A stretch of 64,000 nt of DNA from an uncultured delta proteobacterium (GTDB lineage: Bacteria > Desulfobacterota > RBG-13-43-22): NCBI GenBank assembly GCA_963843145.1, contig CAWJJC010000005.1, forward strand, positions 128,001 through 192,000, in the 5' to 3' direction. This document shows positions 21,684-31,700 of the stretch, piece by piece. The notes below the pieces were generated by a model that saw nothing but the letters and a program-made list of their open reading frames with translations, was not told the DNA's origin and ran no database searches. Both the position numbers and the translations under genes were made by a program. Numbering within the stretch: the first letter of the stretch is position 1; each line of letters starts with the position of its first letter.

Positions 21684-22001
21684 ATGAGGGCTAACTTCAA
21701 GCGTCCGTTTGGCCAGTACGTGAAGAAGGCACACAAGCCTTTGCAACTTGCCATCGAGGACGTAGTAGAGGAGATTTGCGGCGATCCCAAGATGGGGGAA
21801 GCGAAGGGCGGCGACCTTGCCGGAATACGGGTGTACAAATTCCGGTTTAATCGGCAAGAGTACTTGGTAGCTTACCGACCGCCAATCCAGGCACTACGCG
21901 ATCAGGCGGATCAGGTCGAGTTTCCGGTCATCGACTTTTACTTGGTGGGACCCCATGAAAATTTTTACGACACCCTCAAACGTTTTTTGCGAGAGGAATA
22001 A
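21684..22001 (+). CDS. RelE/ParE-like toxin
   Basis: GEAKGGDLAGIRVYKF...YLVAY...VGPHENFYDTLKR. Confidence 0.82.
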   Translation: MRANFKRPFGQYVKKAHKPLQLAIEDVVEEICGDPKMGEAKGGDLAGIRVYKFRFNRQEYLVAYRPPIQALRDQADQVEFPVIDFYLVGPHENFYDTLKRFLREE

Positions 22002-22005
22002 TGCC

Positions 22006-22329
22006 ATGAGCCATAGCTTAACAGCAGAGGACCTTCTTTCCGAAATGAAAGCGATGCCTTCGGCCGAGCGGGGCCGGTTCTTTGTCCTCTTAGGCATGAA
22101 GATCTTTCAAGACGACAACCTGACCCACGAGCAGGTTTTCGGGCATTTGGCGAACGTTGAGTTCACGGCCCAAGAGGCAGCGGAATATCTAGAGGTTGCG
22201 ATAGCCACCTTTCGGCGTTATGTACAACGCGGAAAGGTCAAACCTTCCCGTGTCGTGGGCCGCAGCCAGATGTTTTCGACCCATGATCTTAAAGCGTTCA
22301 AGCGATCTCTGGGGGACGTAAAGGGTTGA
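22006..22329 (+). CDS. Helix-turn-helix (excisionase-like) protein, probable antitoxin
   Basis: FTAQEAAEYLEVAIATFRRYVQRGKV; lies directly after the toxin. Confidence 0.78.
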   Translation: MSHSLTAEDLLSEMKAMPSAERGRFFVLLGMKIFQDDNLTHEQVFGHLANVEFTAQEAAEYLEVAIATFRRYVQRGKVKPSRVVGRSQMFSTHDLKAFKRSLGDVKG

Positions 22330-22390
22330 CATCCGGCGGGCGCGTAGGTGAAGGGCTTGTTGATGGGTCGGAGTCCAAAGGAGTAAGAAA

Positions 22391-22636
22391 ATGGAAAAAG
22401 AAAAAATTACTGTTGAGGGGGAAAAGGCCGGCTTAAAACCCTTTATAAGAAAGTCGCTGCTCGATTTTTATGGAACTATGCCGGTTAAACGAAAATACCC
22501 CGGTCTTGAGGCCATTCGCCGGGAATTGCATCAGAAAATTTCAAAAACCATTTTTCCCTTTGATCGCCACTTTGATCGAGTGGCAGGTATCGAACGACTG
22601 GAACCCCTAAGTAAAGCTCACAGTGTCAGGTCTTGA
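22391..22636 (+). pseudogene. Internally deleted duplicate of the AbrB antitoxin plus PIN remnant
   Basis: Near-identical to 21189-21207 and 21298-21430; tail FPFDRHFDRVAGIERLEP. Confidence 0.6.
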
Positions 22637-22722
22637 AAGATGTCGGAAATACACACCATTCTTGACAAAAGAGATATTTCTCGGTATTCTTGAAATATAA
22701 TAAAAAGGTTTAAGGTGCAAAA

Positions 22723-23052
22723 ATGAACACCGTGCAGGAAGCTGAAAAACTCTTAGCTGCGATGACGAGGGCCGAAAAAGCCCAATTCCTTCAATGGATC
22801 GTACGAGATTTGGGCGACGCCTTTCCGGGTATTGACAGCCAACCGGATATTTGCGGGGGAGAACCGCGAATTGTTCGCACACGTATTCCGGTCTGGGTTT
22901 TAGTTCAGGCTAGACGTTTAGGCTTGAGTGAATCTGAACTCCTGCGAGGTTACCCCACGCTGCGGGCGGAAGACCTAGCCAATGCCTGGGCCTATGATCG
23001 AGTTCATCGTGAAGAAATCGAACGGCAAATAAAAGAAAATGAGGCGGCCTAG
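22723..23052 (+). CDS. DUF433-family antitoxin
   Basis: PDICGGEPRIVRTRIPVWVL...YPTLRAEDL. Confidence 0.88.
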   Translation: MNTVQEAEKLLAAMTRAEKAQFLQWIVRDLGDAFPGIDSQPDICGGEPRIVRTRIPVWVLVQARRLGLSESELLRGYPTLRAEDLANAWAYDRVHREEIERQIKENEAA

Positions 23053-23394
23053 TTGGCGAGATTGTATTCCAACGAAAACTTTCCCCTTCCCGTTGTTAAT
23101 GAACTCCGACGGCTGGGACACGACGTTTTGACCATTCAAGAAACCGGTCAAGGAAACCAATGCCTATCTGACGAAGCCGTATTAATTTTTGCCCTGGCAG
23201 AAAAACGAATGGTATTAACTCTAAACCGCAAGCACTTTATTCGGCTACACCATGAGGGTAAGGACCACTGCGGAATTGTTGTTTGCACGCTGGACATAGA
23301 TTTTGTTGGTCTGGCCCAGCGCATTCATGAGGAAATTAATGCCAATTCAGAAAACCTCCGCCCTTTGATTCGCGTAAACCGGCCTTCTCGGTAA
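23053..23394 (+). CDS. DUF5615 PIN-like toxin
   Basis: LYSNENFP, GHDVLT, SDEAVL, LTLNRKHF, HCGIVV. Confidence 0.85.
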   Translation: MARLYSNENFPLPVVNELRRLGHDVLTIQETGQGNQCLSDEAVLIFALAEKRMVLTLNRKHFIRLHHEGKDHCGIVVCTLDIDFVGLAQRIHEEINANSENLRPLIRVNRPSR

Positions 23395-23649
23395 GGCGCG
23401 GCCTTTCCCACAGGAAATTTCCAAAACAATCAGAAAAACAACCTGAATTTGGCCGATGCCTTAATGGCCTCTACCGCGCTGCGAAAGGGGCCCCTTTCCA
23501 TTTTTTCCTTTGATCTCCACGCAGAGGTTATTCTTTTCCGCGAAGCGGCAGACTGTTTTTTCATTGCCGCCCCGCCGGCGGCGGGGACACCGGCAATGAA
23601 AAATAAGACCTTTGCGCCCTTTGCGGCTTTGCGGTGAGATCGCCCTTCT

Positions 23650-24645
23650 TCACTCCAAAACCAGGTGGGAAAGGAGAATCTCAACGGTAACTATGGCGGT
23701 AAAGATCAAAAAGCAGAGGATCGAGGCCAGGGCTAGTTTCTTCTGAATCCCGGGCAGTGCTTCGGAGAGACTCTTTATTTTTCTAAACGGCATCAGCACC
23801 CCGGTTCCGATCCCGGTAATGGCCCCTCCCAAAAGGGTAAGGTACAGCGGATACCCGACAAAATAATATTCCTTTTGAAGCAGGCAGAAGGGACAGGCGT
23901 GGGTCGGGAGCTCATAAATATAGAGGGAGATGAACGAAAAAATGGAGCCGATGGATACGACTAAGGCCAAGGCGCTCAAACCCGAGAACAGGAGGCCTCC
24001 CCGGCCTTTCCAAAAGAAATAAAATCCCGAGCCGATGGTCAGAGGCAGGATGATATAAAAGGCCGCCATGGCCTGAACCTTGGGGAAAAGAAATATCCCC
24101 GAAGGAAGAACGCTGCTCCCGGTACTAAAAAGAGTCCCGCAACAAGAGGTAATAATATCCGGTTTAAGACGAAGGAAGTAGTTGGCCTGCAGTACCATCT
24201 CTAAAAGTATCAGAGGAACCAGCAATAGGAAAAAAAAGTACTTTTTTTTGATCAGCGGGTAATCCTCGCCCTGGTGGTCCACATAATTCACAATCAGCCA
24301 GATTCCGGCGAGAAGAAAATTGATCAGTTTGACGATGAGTGTCGGATAGCCGTAGGGATTGACGTAGAGGGATCCCGCGGCGCACATGGCGCCCACAAAA
24401 AGCGGGTGGAGTTGTTCCGCCGTAAAAATATACAGAAAAAAGGACAGGAGTTCAAAGCCGAAGGCATAGGCCAGGAGGGTTGAGATCAGGTACGTTTTTC
24501 TCTCGATCGCTAATTGCAGCTCGCTGCCGCTTTTCAGGTCCCAGCGCCACAAAATCTGCAGAGCCTGCGGCGCCGCGTAGAGGATCATGAAAGTCACCAA
24601 CAGGGAACCCACGTAAAGAGCCAGGATAGTGGGATGAAAAAGCAT
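23650..24645 (-). CDS. Cys-motif integral membrane protein
   Basis: Multiple TM helices; GAMCAAG, TSCCG and HACPFC motifs. Confidence 0.75.
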   Translation of the reverse strand: MLFHPTILALYVGSLLVTFMILYAAPQALQILWRWDLKSGSELQLAIERKTYLISTLLAYAFGFELLSFFLYIFTAEQLHPLFVGAMCAAGSLYVNPYGYPTLIVKLINFLLAGIWLIVNYVDHQGEDYPLIKKKYFFFLLLVPLILLEMVLQANYFLRLKPDIITSCCGTLFSTGSSVLPSGIFLFPKVQAMAAFYIILPLTIGSGFYFFWKGRGGLLFSGLSALALVVSIGSIFSFISLYIYELPTHACPFCLLQKEYYFVGYPLYLTLLGGAITGIGTGVLMPFRKIKSLSEALPGIQKKLALASILCFLIFTAIVTVEILLSHLVLE

Positions 24646-24711
24646 GAATAACCCTCACAATAACCTAACAAATCGTAGAATCTGTTTCTAGCGTTTGAAC
24701 AGCCGTGATCT

Positions 24712-24938
24712 TTAAATCCGAAATTCGAAGCACGAAATCCGAAACAAGCACGAAGGTCCGAAATCCAAATGATCAAAACAAGAGCGTTTGATGCTTTTGG
24801 TAGAATCCTTGAAGCCTTCACGATGGGGGCTTAGGGAATGATGCCATCCTTCTTCTAGAGCAAAATATTCCCGTTTGGAATTTTGAATTTTGGTCATTTG
24901 AGTTTGTTTCGTGCTTCGAATTTCGAGTTTCGAATTTC
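24712..24938. repeat. Heptamer (AAATCCG/TTCGAAT) inverted-repeat element
   Basis: Near-identical copy at 25673-25811 and a degenerate copy at 39023-39111. Confidence 0.75.
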
Positions 24939-24952
24939 CAACCAAAAATTTA

Positions 24953-25633
24953 TCAATTTTTGGTTGGCTCTATTCTCCCATCCCGCACATTGACCACCCG
25001 GTCCACCACCGGGGATTCGTACACCAGAGGATCGTGGCTCGACAGGAGCAAGGTTTTTCCCTCGGCTTTCAGTTCCTGAAGGATTTCCATCAAGGCCTGG
25101 GAATTCGCGGTATCCAAATGGGCGGTGGGTTCATCGGCAATGATGATCGAGGGATTGTTGATCAAAGCCCGGGCAATAGTCACGCGCTGGGCCTCCCCTC
25201 CGGAGAGCCATTGGACCTTGGAATTAGCCTTAGAGGCGACATGTAAAAGGTCTAAAAGGCGCATCCCCCTTTTCTTCAAGGCAGCATGGGCCTCTCCCAG
25301 GGGATAGGCGGGCAACAAAGCATTTTCCAGGGCGGTGATGCCCTGGATAAGATTGGGCTGCTGGAAGATAAAGCCAAAGGTTTTTCTGCGGATCTCCGTG
25401 AGGAAGCGCTCCGGAAGGCTGGTAATCTCGCGGTCCTGAAGCCAGATCCGTCCCTGCGTCGGCCGAGTCATGCAGCCGATCAGGCTCAACAGCGTCGTCT
25501 TGCCCGACCCGCTGGGACCTTTCAAGACGGTGGCCTGCTGATCTTCCAGGGACAAGCTGACCCCTCGAATCGCGGCGAACTCGTTGGGCTTACCGGCATT
25601 AAAAACTTTTTTGATTTCAACCAGTCTGATCAT
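24953..25633 (-). CDS. ABC transporter ATP-binding protein (LolD/MacB-like)
   Basis: GPSGSGKTT, LSGGEAQR, IIADEPTAHLD, SSHD. Confidence 0.92.
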   Translation of the reverse strand: MIRLVEIKKVFNAGKPNEFAAIRGVSLSLEDQQATVLKGPSGSGKTTLLSLIGCMTRPTQGRIWLQDREITSLPERFLTEIRRKTFGFIFQQPNLIQGITALENALLPAYPLGEAHAALKKRGMRLLDLLHVASKANSKVQWLSGGEAQRVTIARALINNPSIIIADEPTAHLDTANSQALMEILQELKAEGKTLLLSSHDPLVYESPVVDRVVNVRDGRIEPTKN

Positions 25634-25672
25634 AATCGTTACTCGTTTCTAACACCTTAACAGTTGAGATCC

Positions 25673-25811
25673 TTAAATCCGAAATTCGAAGCACGAAATC
25701 CGAAACAAGCACGAAGGTCCAAAATCCGAATGACCAAAACAAAAACGTTTCGAATTTTGAAATTTGGTCATTTGAATTTGTTTCGGATTTCGATATTCGG
25801 ATTTCGAATTT
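25673..25811. repeat. Heptamer inverted-repeat element, second copy
   Basis: AAATCCGAAATTCGAAGCACGAAATCCGAAACAAGCACGAAGGTCC is shared with 24714. Confidence 0.75.
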
Positions 25812-25868
25812 GAACTAAAAATTCAAATATTTTTTGGTTAGCTTTATCTAACCCTGATACCCGGAAGA

Positions 25869-27002
25869 TCACCGCATCACCGAATCCGGATCCACGATAG
25901 CCGCCCTCCAGGAGGGGATAATCGTCGCCACCGTGTAGGGAACCACGATCAGAAAAAACAACGCCGCCACCTGCGCCCCATCGATATAGGGAGTAATCGT
26001 AAAGCGGGGATAGAGGACGGACCATCCTTTCAGCACCGGCTCAAAAAGGATGGCGGAGGCCAGGAAGACATGGGCGTAGGCCAGCAGGACCCCCGGGAGG
26101 AAGGCAGAGAGGGAAATTGCCATCCCTTCCCAGAATTTCATCAGGAGCACGTCCGAGGTCTCCCAGCCGATCGCTTTGAGAATCCCGATCTCCCGCCGTT
26201 CCTCCATACTCGGGCCCGAAGCTTTATCCCAGGCAAAAATGATAAAAGCCAGCACGCTTCCGAAAAGGATAGTGATCAGAAGGCCCCCGCGCCAACTGAA
26301 AACGGCGTCGTAGGTCCTCAGGATATCCCCACGCAGGATCTGCCGGGTATCGGGAAAGGCCTCCGCCACTTTTAAGGCAATGGTCGAAAGCTCCCTGGGG
26401 TTTTTGACCCGGACCGCCAGATCGGTCACGTAATCCCCGGTGAGCCCGAAAAGCCCCCGGAAGTCCTCCTCGGTGATCAGGACCAGGTCGGAAGAAACCA
26501 GCCCTACCTCGGACGGAAAAATCTTGCTTATTTTCAACTCCCGGATGACCCCGGCGGATGTCCTGAATTCGAGTTCATCGCCTATCGAGGCCAGTCTCAG
26601 CCTGGCGACGCCTTCGCCGACGGCGATGCTTCCGGGAACCACCTCCGGGTCCTCCGAAACCAGGAGGGTGTAATTGGCGCCTACGATCGGATCGTAATAG
26701 TATCCCCACAATCGCCCCCGGGCCGATTGGACCCCCCGGATTTTTCTGATTTTTTCCAGGTAGCTCAAGGGGATCAATTCGTGGCGGCCCGCGACCAACC
26801 GCTGGACGATCATTTCCGGCGCTTCCGCGAGCAGGGTCGAAGCCTCTTTCTGGATAGAGCGCGTAAAAAACACCACCGAGGAGAGCAGAAAAACGATCAG
26901 CGTGTAGACCAGGACCAGGGCCGCGTTCTTCCTTTTTCTTCGAAGCAGCGCCGCCAGTGAAAAGTCGAGGATATTTTTTTGGCGTTCAATCCAGGCACGC
27001 AT
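25869..27002 (-). CDS. FtsX-like ABC permease
   Basis: N-terminal TM, periplasmic domain, ERREIGILKAIGW, IPSWRAA.VDP. Confidence 0.88.
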   Translation of the reverse strand: MRAWIERQKNILDFSLAALLRRKRKNAALVLVYTLIVFLLSSVVFFTRSIQKEASTLLAEAPEMIVQRLVAGRHELIPLSYLEKIRKIRGVQSARGRLWGYYYDPIVGANYTLLVSEDPEVVPGSIAVGEGVARLRLASIGDELEFRTSAGVIRELKISKIFPSEVGLVSSDLVLITEEDFRGLFGLTGDYVTDLAVRVKNPRELSTIALKVAEAFPDTRQILRGDILRTYDAVFSWRGGLLITILFGSVLAFIIFAWDKASGPSMEERREIGILKAIGWETSDVLLMKFWEGMAISLSAFLPGVLLAYAHVFLASAILFEPVLKGWSVLYPRFTITPYIDGAQVAALFFLIVVPYTVATIIPSWRAAIVDPDSVMR

Positions 27003-27041
27003 CTAACTAAAATTTTCCCTCCTGAGATCCATAAGTACTTA

Positions 27042-27179
27042 CAGAGATAAGCGTGTACGAGTATGTGTAAGAGTACGGCGTCGCCATTACTGGGCTCCTG
27101 GTAACCTCGATCAATCGGCTTCCTCACCCCAAGCTCCCGTACTCATACACGTACTCGTACACGCCTATCTACCCTGCTC
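27042..27179. repeat. GTGTACGAGT element, inverted copy
   Basis: Ends are reverse complements of those at 9849-10028. Confidence 0.65.
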
Positions 27180-27195
27180 GTTAATCCATTTCCGC

Positions 27196-27510
27196 CTATT
27201 TCCTACTCCCCACCTTATAAGGCGGGACCATCAGCGATCCCGACGGAAAATGTTCCAACGACAGGGGGGAATCCTGGAAGGGGGCATGAAAATCCGCCTG
27301 GCTGGGGTTGCGGGTGTAGCGAGCCTCGGTGAAGAGGCAGAGGTCGGTCAGGCCATGCTGCCGGACCAGGTTCAACTTTTCCTGAAGGAGTTCGACGTCC
27401 CCCCTTTTTTCAAAGGCGGAGTAGATAAACACCAGTCCCAAGAGACTGAGTTGGATAAGGATAACCAAAATGAAAAGGCTCGATTTTCGCATAGAGATCT
27501 TTGTTTTCAA
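27196..27510 (-). CDS. Small membrane-anchored hypothetical protein of the ABC cluster
   Basis: TM helix, then TDLCLFTEARYTRNPSQAD..PFQD..EHFPSGS. Confidence 0.65.
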   Translation of the reverse strand: MKTKISMRKSSLFILVILIQLSLLGLVFIYSAFEKRGDVELLQEKLNLVRQHGLTDLCLFTEARYTRNPSQADFHAPFQDSPLSLEHFPSGSLMVPPYKVGSRK

Positions 27511-27584
27511 TTCTAATGATCATAAAGGCGGGTTTTGAACCCGCCCCTACTTGATATTCCCGAAAAAAAACTTATTGTAATTCG

Positions 27585-27974
27585 ATGAGGATTCGATTCC
27601 TTCTCCCCCTCCTGATCCTTTTCTCCGTGACCGCTCTTCCGGCCCAGGCCTTAGAGGCTCGGAAAGCCATGGGCGACTATGATGTTGGAATAACCATTAA
27701 CCGGAATCCGCCCAGTGTGGGGGAGAACCCTATCGAAATCGAAATCAAAGGCCCCGGGGGCCGCCGGATAACGGAGGCCCAGGTGCTGGTGAATTATTAT
27801 ATGCCTCCCATGCCCCGCATGGCCCCCATGAACTACCTCACCCCGGCCGACCTGAAGGGAGACCGCTACCGGGCCGTCATGCACCTGATTATGGACGGGC
27901 CCTGGATTATCGCCCTGAAAATTACCCTGGGCGGGAAGAGGTCCACCGTCAAGTTCCACATCAATGCCCGGTGA
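27585..27974 (+). CDS. FixH/YtkA-like periplasmic protein
   Basis: Signal peptide, PPSVGEN, YYMPPMPRMAPM, MDGPW. Confidence 0.78.
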   Translation: MRIRFLLPLLILFSVTALPAQALEARKAMGDYDVGITINRNPPSVGENPIEIEIKGPGGRRITEAQVLVNYYMPPMPRMAPMNYLTPADLKGDRYRAVMHLIMDGPWIIALKITLGGKRSTVKFHINAR

Positions 27975-28100
27975 TGAAGGCCGATGCTAACGTCATTCAG
28001 GACCCGAAGCCGATTGTCGCCCTGAGCCCTTCGCCGGCTTATCACCCCGTCCATTCCCCACTATCACCCTGAGTGAAACGTAGGGGCTTGCGTTTCAACA

Positions 28101-28270
28101 TATTAAGGGTCTCATAATTGTCTCTACATAACACCGACCGTCATCCCCGAGTGCCTTTGTCGGGGATCCAGAATCGTACCAGTCCGGGGCTGGATTCCCG
28201 CCTAGAAGCGCTGCGGGAATGAGGATAAGAGAACCTCGAGATAGTCGGTTCTATTATGAGACCGTTAATA
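28101..28270. mobile_element. MITE with 18-bp terminal inverted repeats carrying a REP-like palindrome
   Basis: TATTAAGGGTCTCATAAT ... ATTATGAGACCGTTAATA (1 mismatch). Confidence 0.65.
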
Positions 28271-28355
28271 ATAAGGATAACGGCCTTAAAAATCCCGATC
28301 AGCATGCAGGCTGAGGATGCTCGCTCAGCATGATAACTAAAAACGATCTTCTTAT

Positions 28356-28745
28356 TTATTTGGGGGCCCCTTGCTCAACCGGATAAGGTGTCCCTCTCCT
28401 GGCCAGGTAAGGCCTCCCATCGATTTCACCAATAAACAGATGATTCGCCCCCATAGTCAGATAGCCTTCAATCAATACGGTTTTGCCCGTTTTCTTCAGC
28501 TCCTCCAATAAACTCGGGTTAGGATTCACGATAATAAATTTTCCCGAGGGATCCTCGCTACTTATAAAATAACCTCCCAACCCCTTCTGGTAATTGACTT
28601 TGCCCTTGATAATGATTTTTTTATTTGCCTTTATTTCGCCCCCCGAACCTCCGACCGGGTAAGGCTCCCGTGCGGCGCCGCTGTCTGCTAAAACCAAAAG
28701 AAACATTAGAGACAAGAAAAAACTCATCATCTTTTTGCTTTGCAT
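28356..28745 (-). CDS. Secreted hypothetical protein
   Basis: RBS GGAGG directly after cusA; signal peptide. Confidence 0.65.
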   Translation of the reverse strand: MQSKKMMSFFLSLMFLLVLADSGAAREPYPVGGSGGEIKANKKIIIKGKVNYQKGLGGYFISSEDPSGKFIIVNPNPSLLEELKKTGKTVLIEGYLTMGANHLFIGEIDGRPYLARRGTPYPVEQGAPK

Positions 28746-28754
28746 TTTTTCCTC

Positions 28755-31700
28755 CTAAGATTCGGGCCCGGACAGGACCTGCTTTTTTAACTCAAAATTC
28801 CACTTCCAGATCTGGTAAATGGCCGGATAGACCAGCAGCTCCAGCAAGAATGAAGTTAAAATCCCCCCCACCATAGGGGCGGCGATCCGCTTCATCACGT
28901 CGGCCCCGGTTCCGACGGACCACATGATCGGTATCAGGCCGAAAAACATGGTGGCCGTGGTCATGAACTTGGGACGCAGCCGTTTCACCGCCCCATAGCG
29001 GATGGCCTTCTGCAGGTCGGCCAGGCTCCGCAAACGCCCCTCCTTTTTCGCTTCTTCGTAGGCCAGGTCGAGATAGAGCAGCATGAAGACGCCGGTTTCG
29101 GCATCTACACCCAGCAGGGCGATCAACCCCACCCAGACGCCGATACTCAGATTATAGCCGAGCAGGTAAAGGAACCAGAAGGCCCCGATGGCCGAAAACG
29201 GCACGGCCAGCATGATAATCAGGGTCTTGGTCAGGGACCGGGTGTTGAGATAGAGTAGAAACAAAATCAAAATCAAGGTCAAGGGCACGACCCAGATCAG
29301 TTTCTCCTTGACCCGCTGCATCGACTCGTACTGGCCGCTCCAGGAGATGTCGTAGCCCGGGGGCAGCCTCACTTTTTCTCTAAGCAGCCGTCCGGCCTCG
29401 GTGATGTAACTATCCTGGTCCCGGCCGGCGATATCCAGATAGACATAACCAGCCAGCAGGCCGTCTTCGTCGCGGATCATGGAAGGCCCTTCGGTTATGC
29501 CGATGCGGGCTAACTGGGATACCGGGATCTGCTTCTGCCCCCCGGCCACCGGGACCAGCACCCTTCCTAACGCCCCCAGATCGCTTCGAAAATCACGCTG
29601 ATAGCGGACGTTGACGGTATACCGTTCCCGGCCTTCCACCGTGGTGGTCACGTTTTCCCCGCCAATGGCCCGCTGAACCACACCCTGCGCCTCTTCTACG
29701 CTTAAGTTGTAGCGGGACAGGGCCTCCCGGTCCCATTCGAAATCCAGAAAGTAGCCGCTGCCGGTGCGCTCGGCAAAGACGCTGCGGGTCCCCTTGACCG
29801 GAGTCAGGACCGACTCGACCCGGGCCCCGATCTCTTCGATGGTATCCAGGTCCGAACCGGAGATCTTGAGCCCCAAGGGGGTTTTCAAGCCCGTACTCAG
29901 CATCTCGATCCGGCCTTTGATCGGCATGGTCCAGGAATTGGCCAGGCCGGAAATCTTCAGGGCGTCGTTCATCTGGTCAATCAGGTCGTCCTGGGAAATA
30001 TGGTCCGGGGTCAGGCGCCGGAGCACGGCTTTGGCCCAATCGGGGGCCCAGCCGGAATACCAGGTATCCTTTTTCCGCCACTGCGCCTTGGGTTTGAGGG
30101 TGATCACCGTCTCCAGCATAGAGAGCGGCGCCGGGTCCGTGGAGGTCTCGGCCCGACCAGCCTTCCCCAGAACGCGGTCCACCTCCGGAAAACGGCGGAT
30201 GATCCGGTCCGTGACCTGGAGCAGCTTCTGGGCCTCGGTGATGGAGATCCCCGGCATGGTGGTGGGCATATAGAGGATGGAGCCCTCTTCCAGGGGCGGC
30301 ATGAACTCCGAGCCCAGTTTAAGATAGACGGGTACTGTCGCCAGAACCAGAACCAGGGCGGCGGCGATCACCCACCACTTCCGCCGCAATGTCCAGACGG
30401 CCACCGGCTCATAGACCCGGATCAGGGCCCGGCTGATGGGGTGCCGCTCCTCGGAGTGGATGGAGCCCACGCAGACGCTATTGACCAGCTTGCATAAAGC
30501 GAGGGGCCGGAAGTTGAAATCCTTCAGCCGGATGAAGAACAACCGCAGGGCCGGATCCAGGGTGATGGCCAGGATCGCGGCGATGATCATGGCCAAGGTC
30601 TTGGTATAGGCCAGAGGCTTGAACAGCCGTCCTTCCTGGGCCTCCAGGGTCAACACCGGCAGGAAGGAAACGGCGATCACCAACAAAGCAAAAAAACTGG
30701 GGCCGGCCACTTGTTTGACCGCCTGGATGATAATCTCCCGGTAATCTCCCTGCCGGCCGCCCCGGTCCCATTGCTCCAGTCTTTTGTGCGTCTGTTCGAC
30801 TACCACAATGGCCGCGTCCACCAGAGCGCCGATGGCAATGGCGATCCCTCCCAGGGACATAATATTGGCGCTGATCCCCAGGAGACGAAAGGGGATGAAA
30901 GACAAGAGAATGGCCACGGGAATCGTGATCAGGGGAATCAGGGCGCTGGGGATATGCCAGAGAAAGAGCAGGATCACCAGGGACACGGTGACCATCACCT
31001 CGATCAGGGTGGACTTCAGGTTGTCTATGGCCCGGAGGATCAGGTCGGAACGGTCATAGACCGGGACGATCTTTACTCCGGCAGGCAGACCGGGCTCGAT
31101 CTCCTTGATTTTGGCCTTCACCCGCTTGATGACGTCCAGGGCGTTCTGCCCCTGGCGCATGACCACGATCCCGGAGACCACCTCCCCTTCCCCGTCCAGG
31201 TCGGCGATCCCCCGTCGGATATCCGGGCCCAGGGACACCTTCCCGATGTCCTTGATCCGGATCGGGGTGCCGTTTTCACTGGCGGACAGTACGATCTCTT
31301 CGAAATCCTTCAGGGACTTGGCATAGCCCCGGCCGCGGATGGTGTACTCCGTCCCGCCGAACTCGATCAGCCTCCCCCCCACCTCCACGTTCCCCTGGCG
31401 GACCGCTTCCACCACCCGGTTGATGGAGATCCCGTAGGCCTGGAGCCGGTTGGGGTCCACGTTCACCTGGTACTGCTTTTGGAACCCGCCCACCGGGGCC
31501 ACCTCGGCCACGCCCGGCACCGACTTCAGATAGTAGCGTAAATACCAGTCCTGAAAGGATCGAAGGTCGGCCAGACTCCGCCGGCCGGACTTATCCACCA
31601 GGACATACTGGTAGATCCAGCCCAGACCGGTGGCGTCCGGGCCCAATTCGGTCTTGACCCCTGAGGGAAGGTTGGAGAGGACGCCCGAAAGGTATTCCAG

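Noticed and set aside
24712-24945. ORFs over heptamer or palindromic repeats (also 9710-9919, 1922-2146, 23430-23684, 25768-26025)
   Set aside because: Translations are low-complexity products of repeat DNA without RBS or family motifs.
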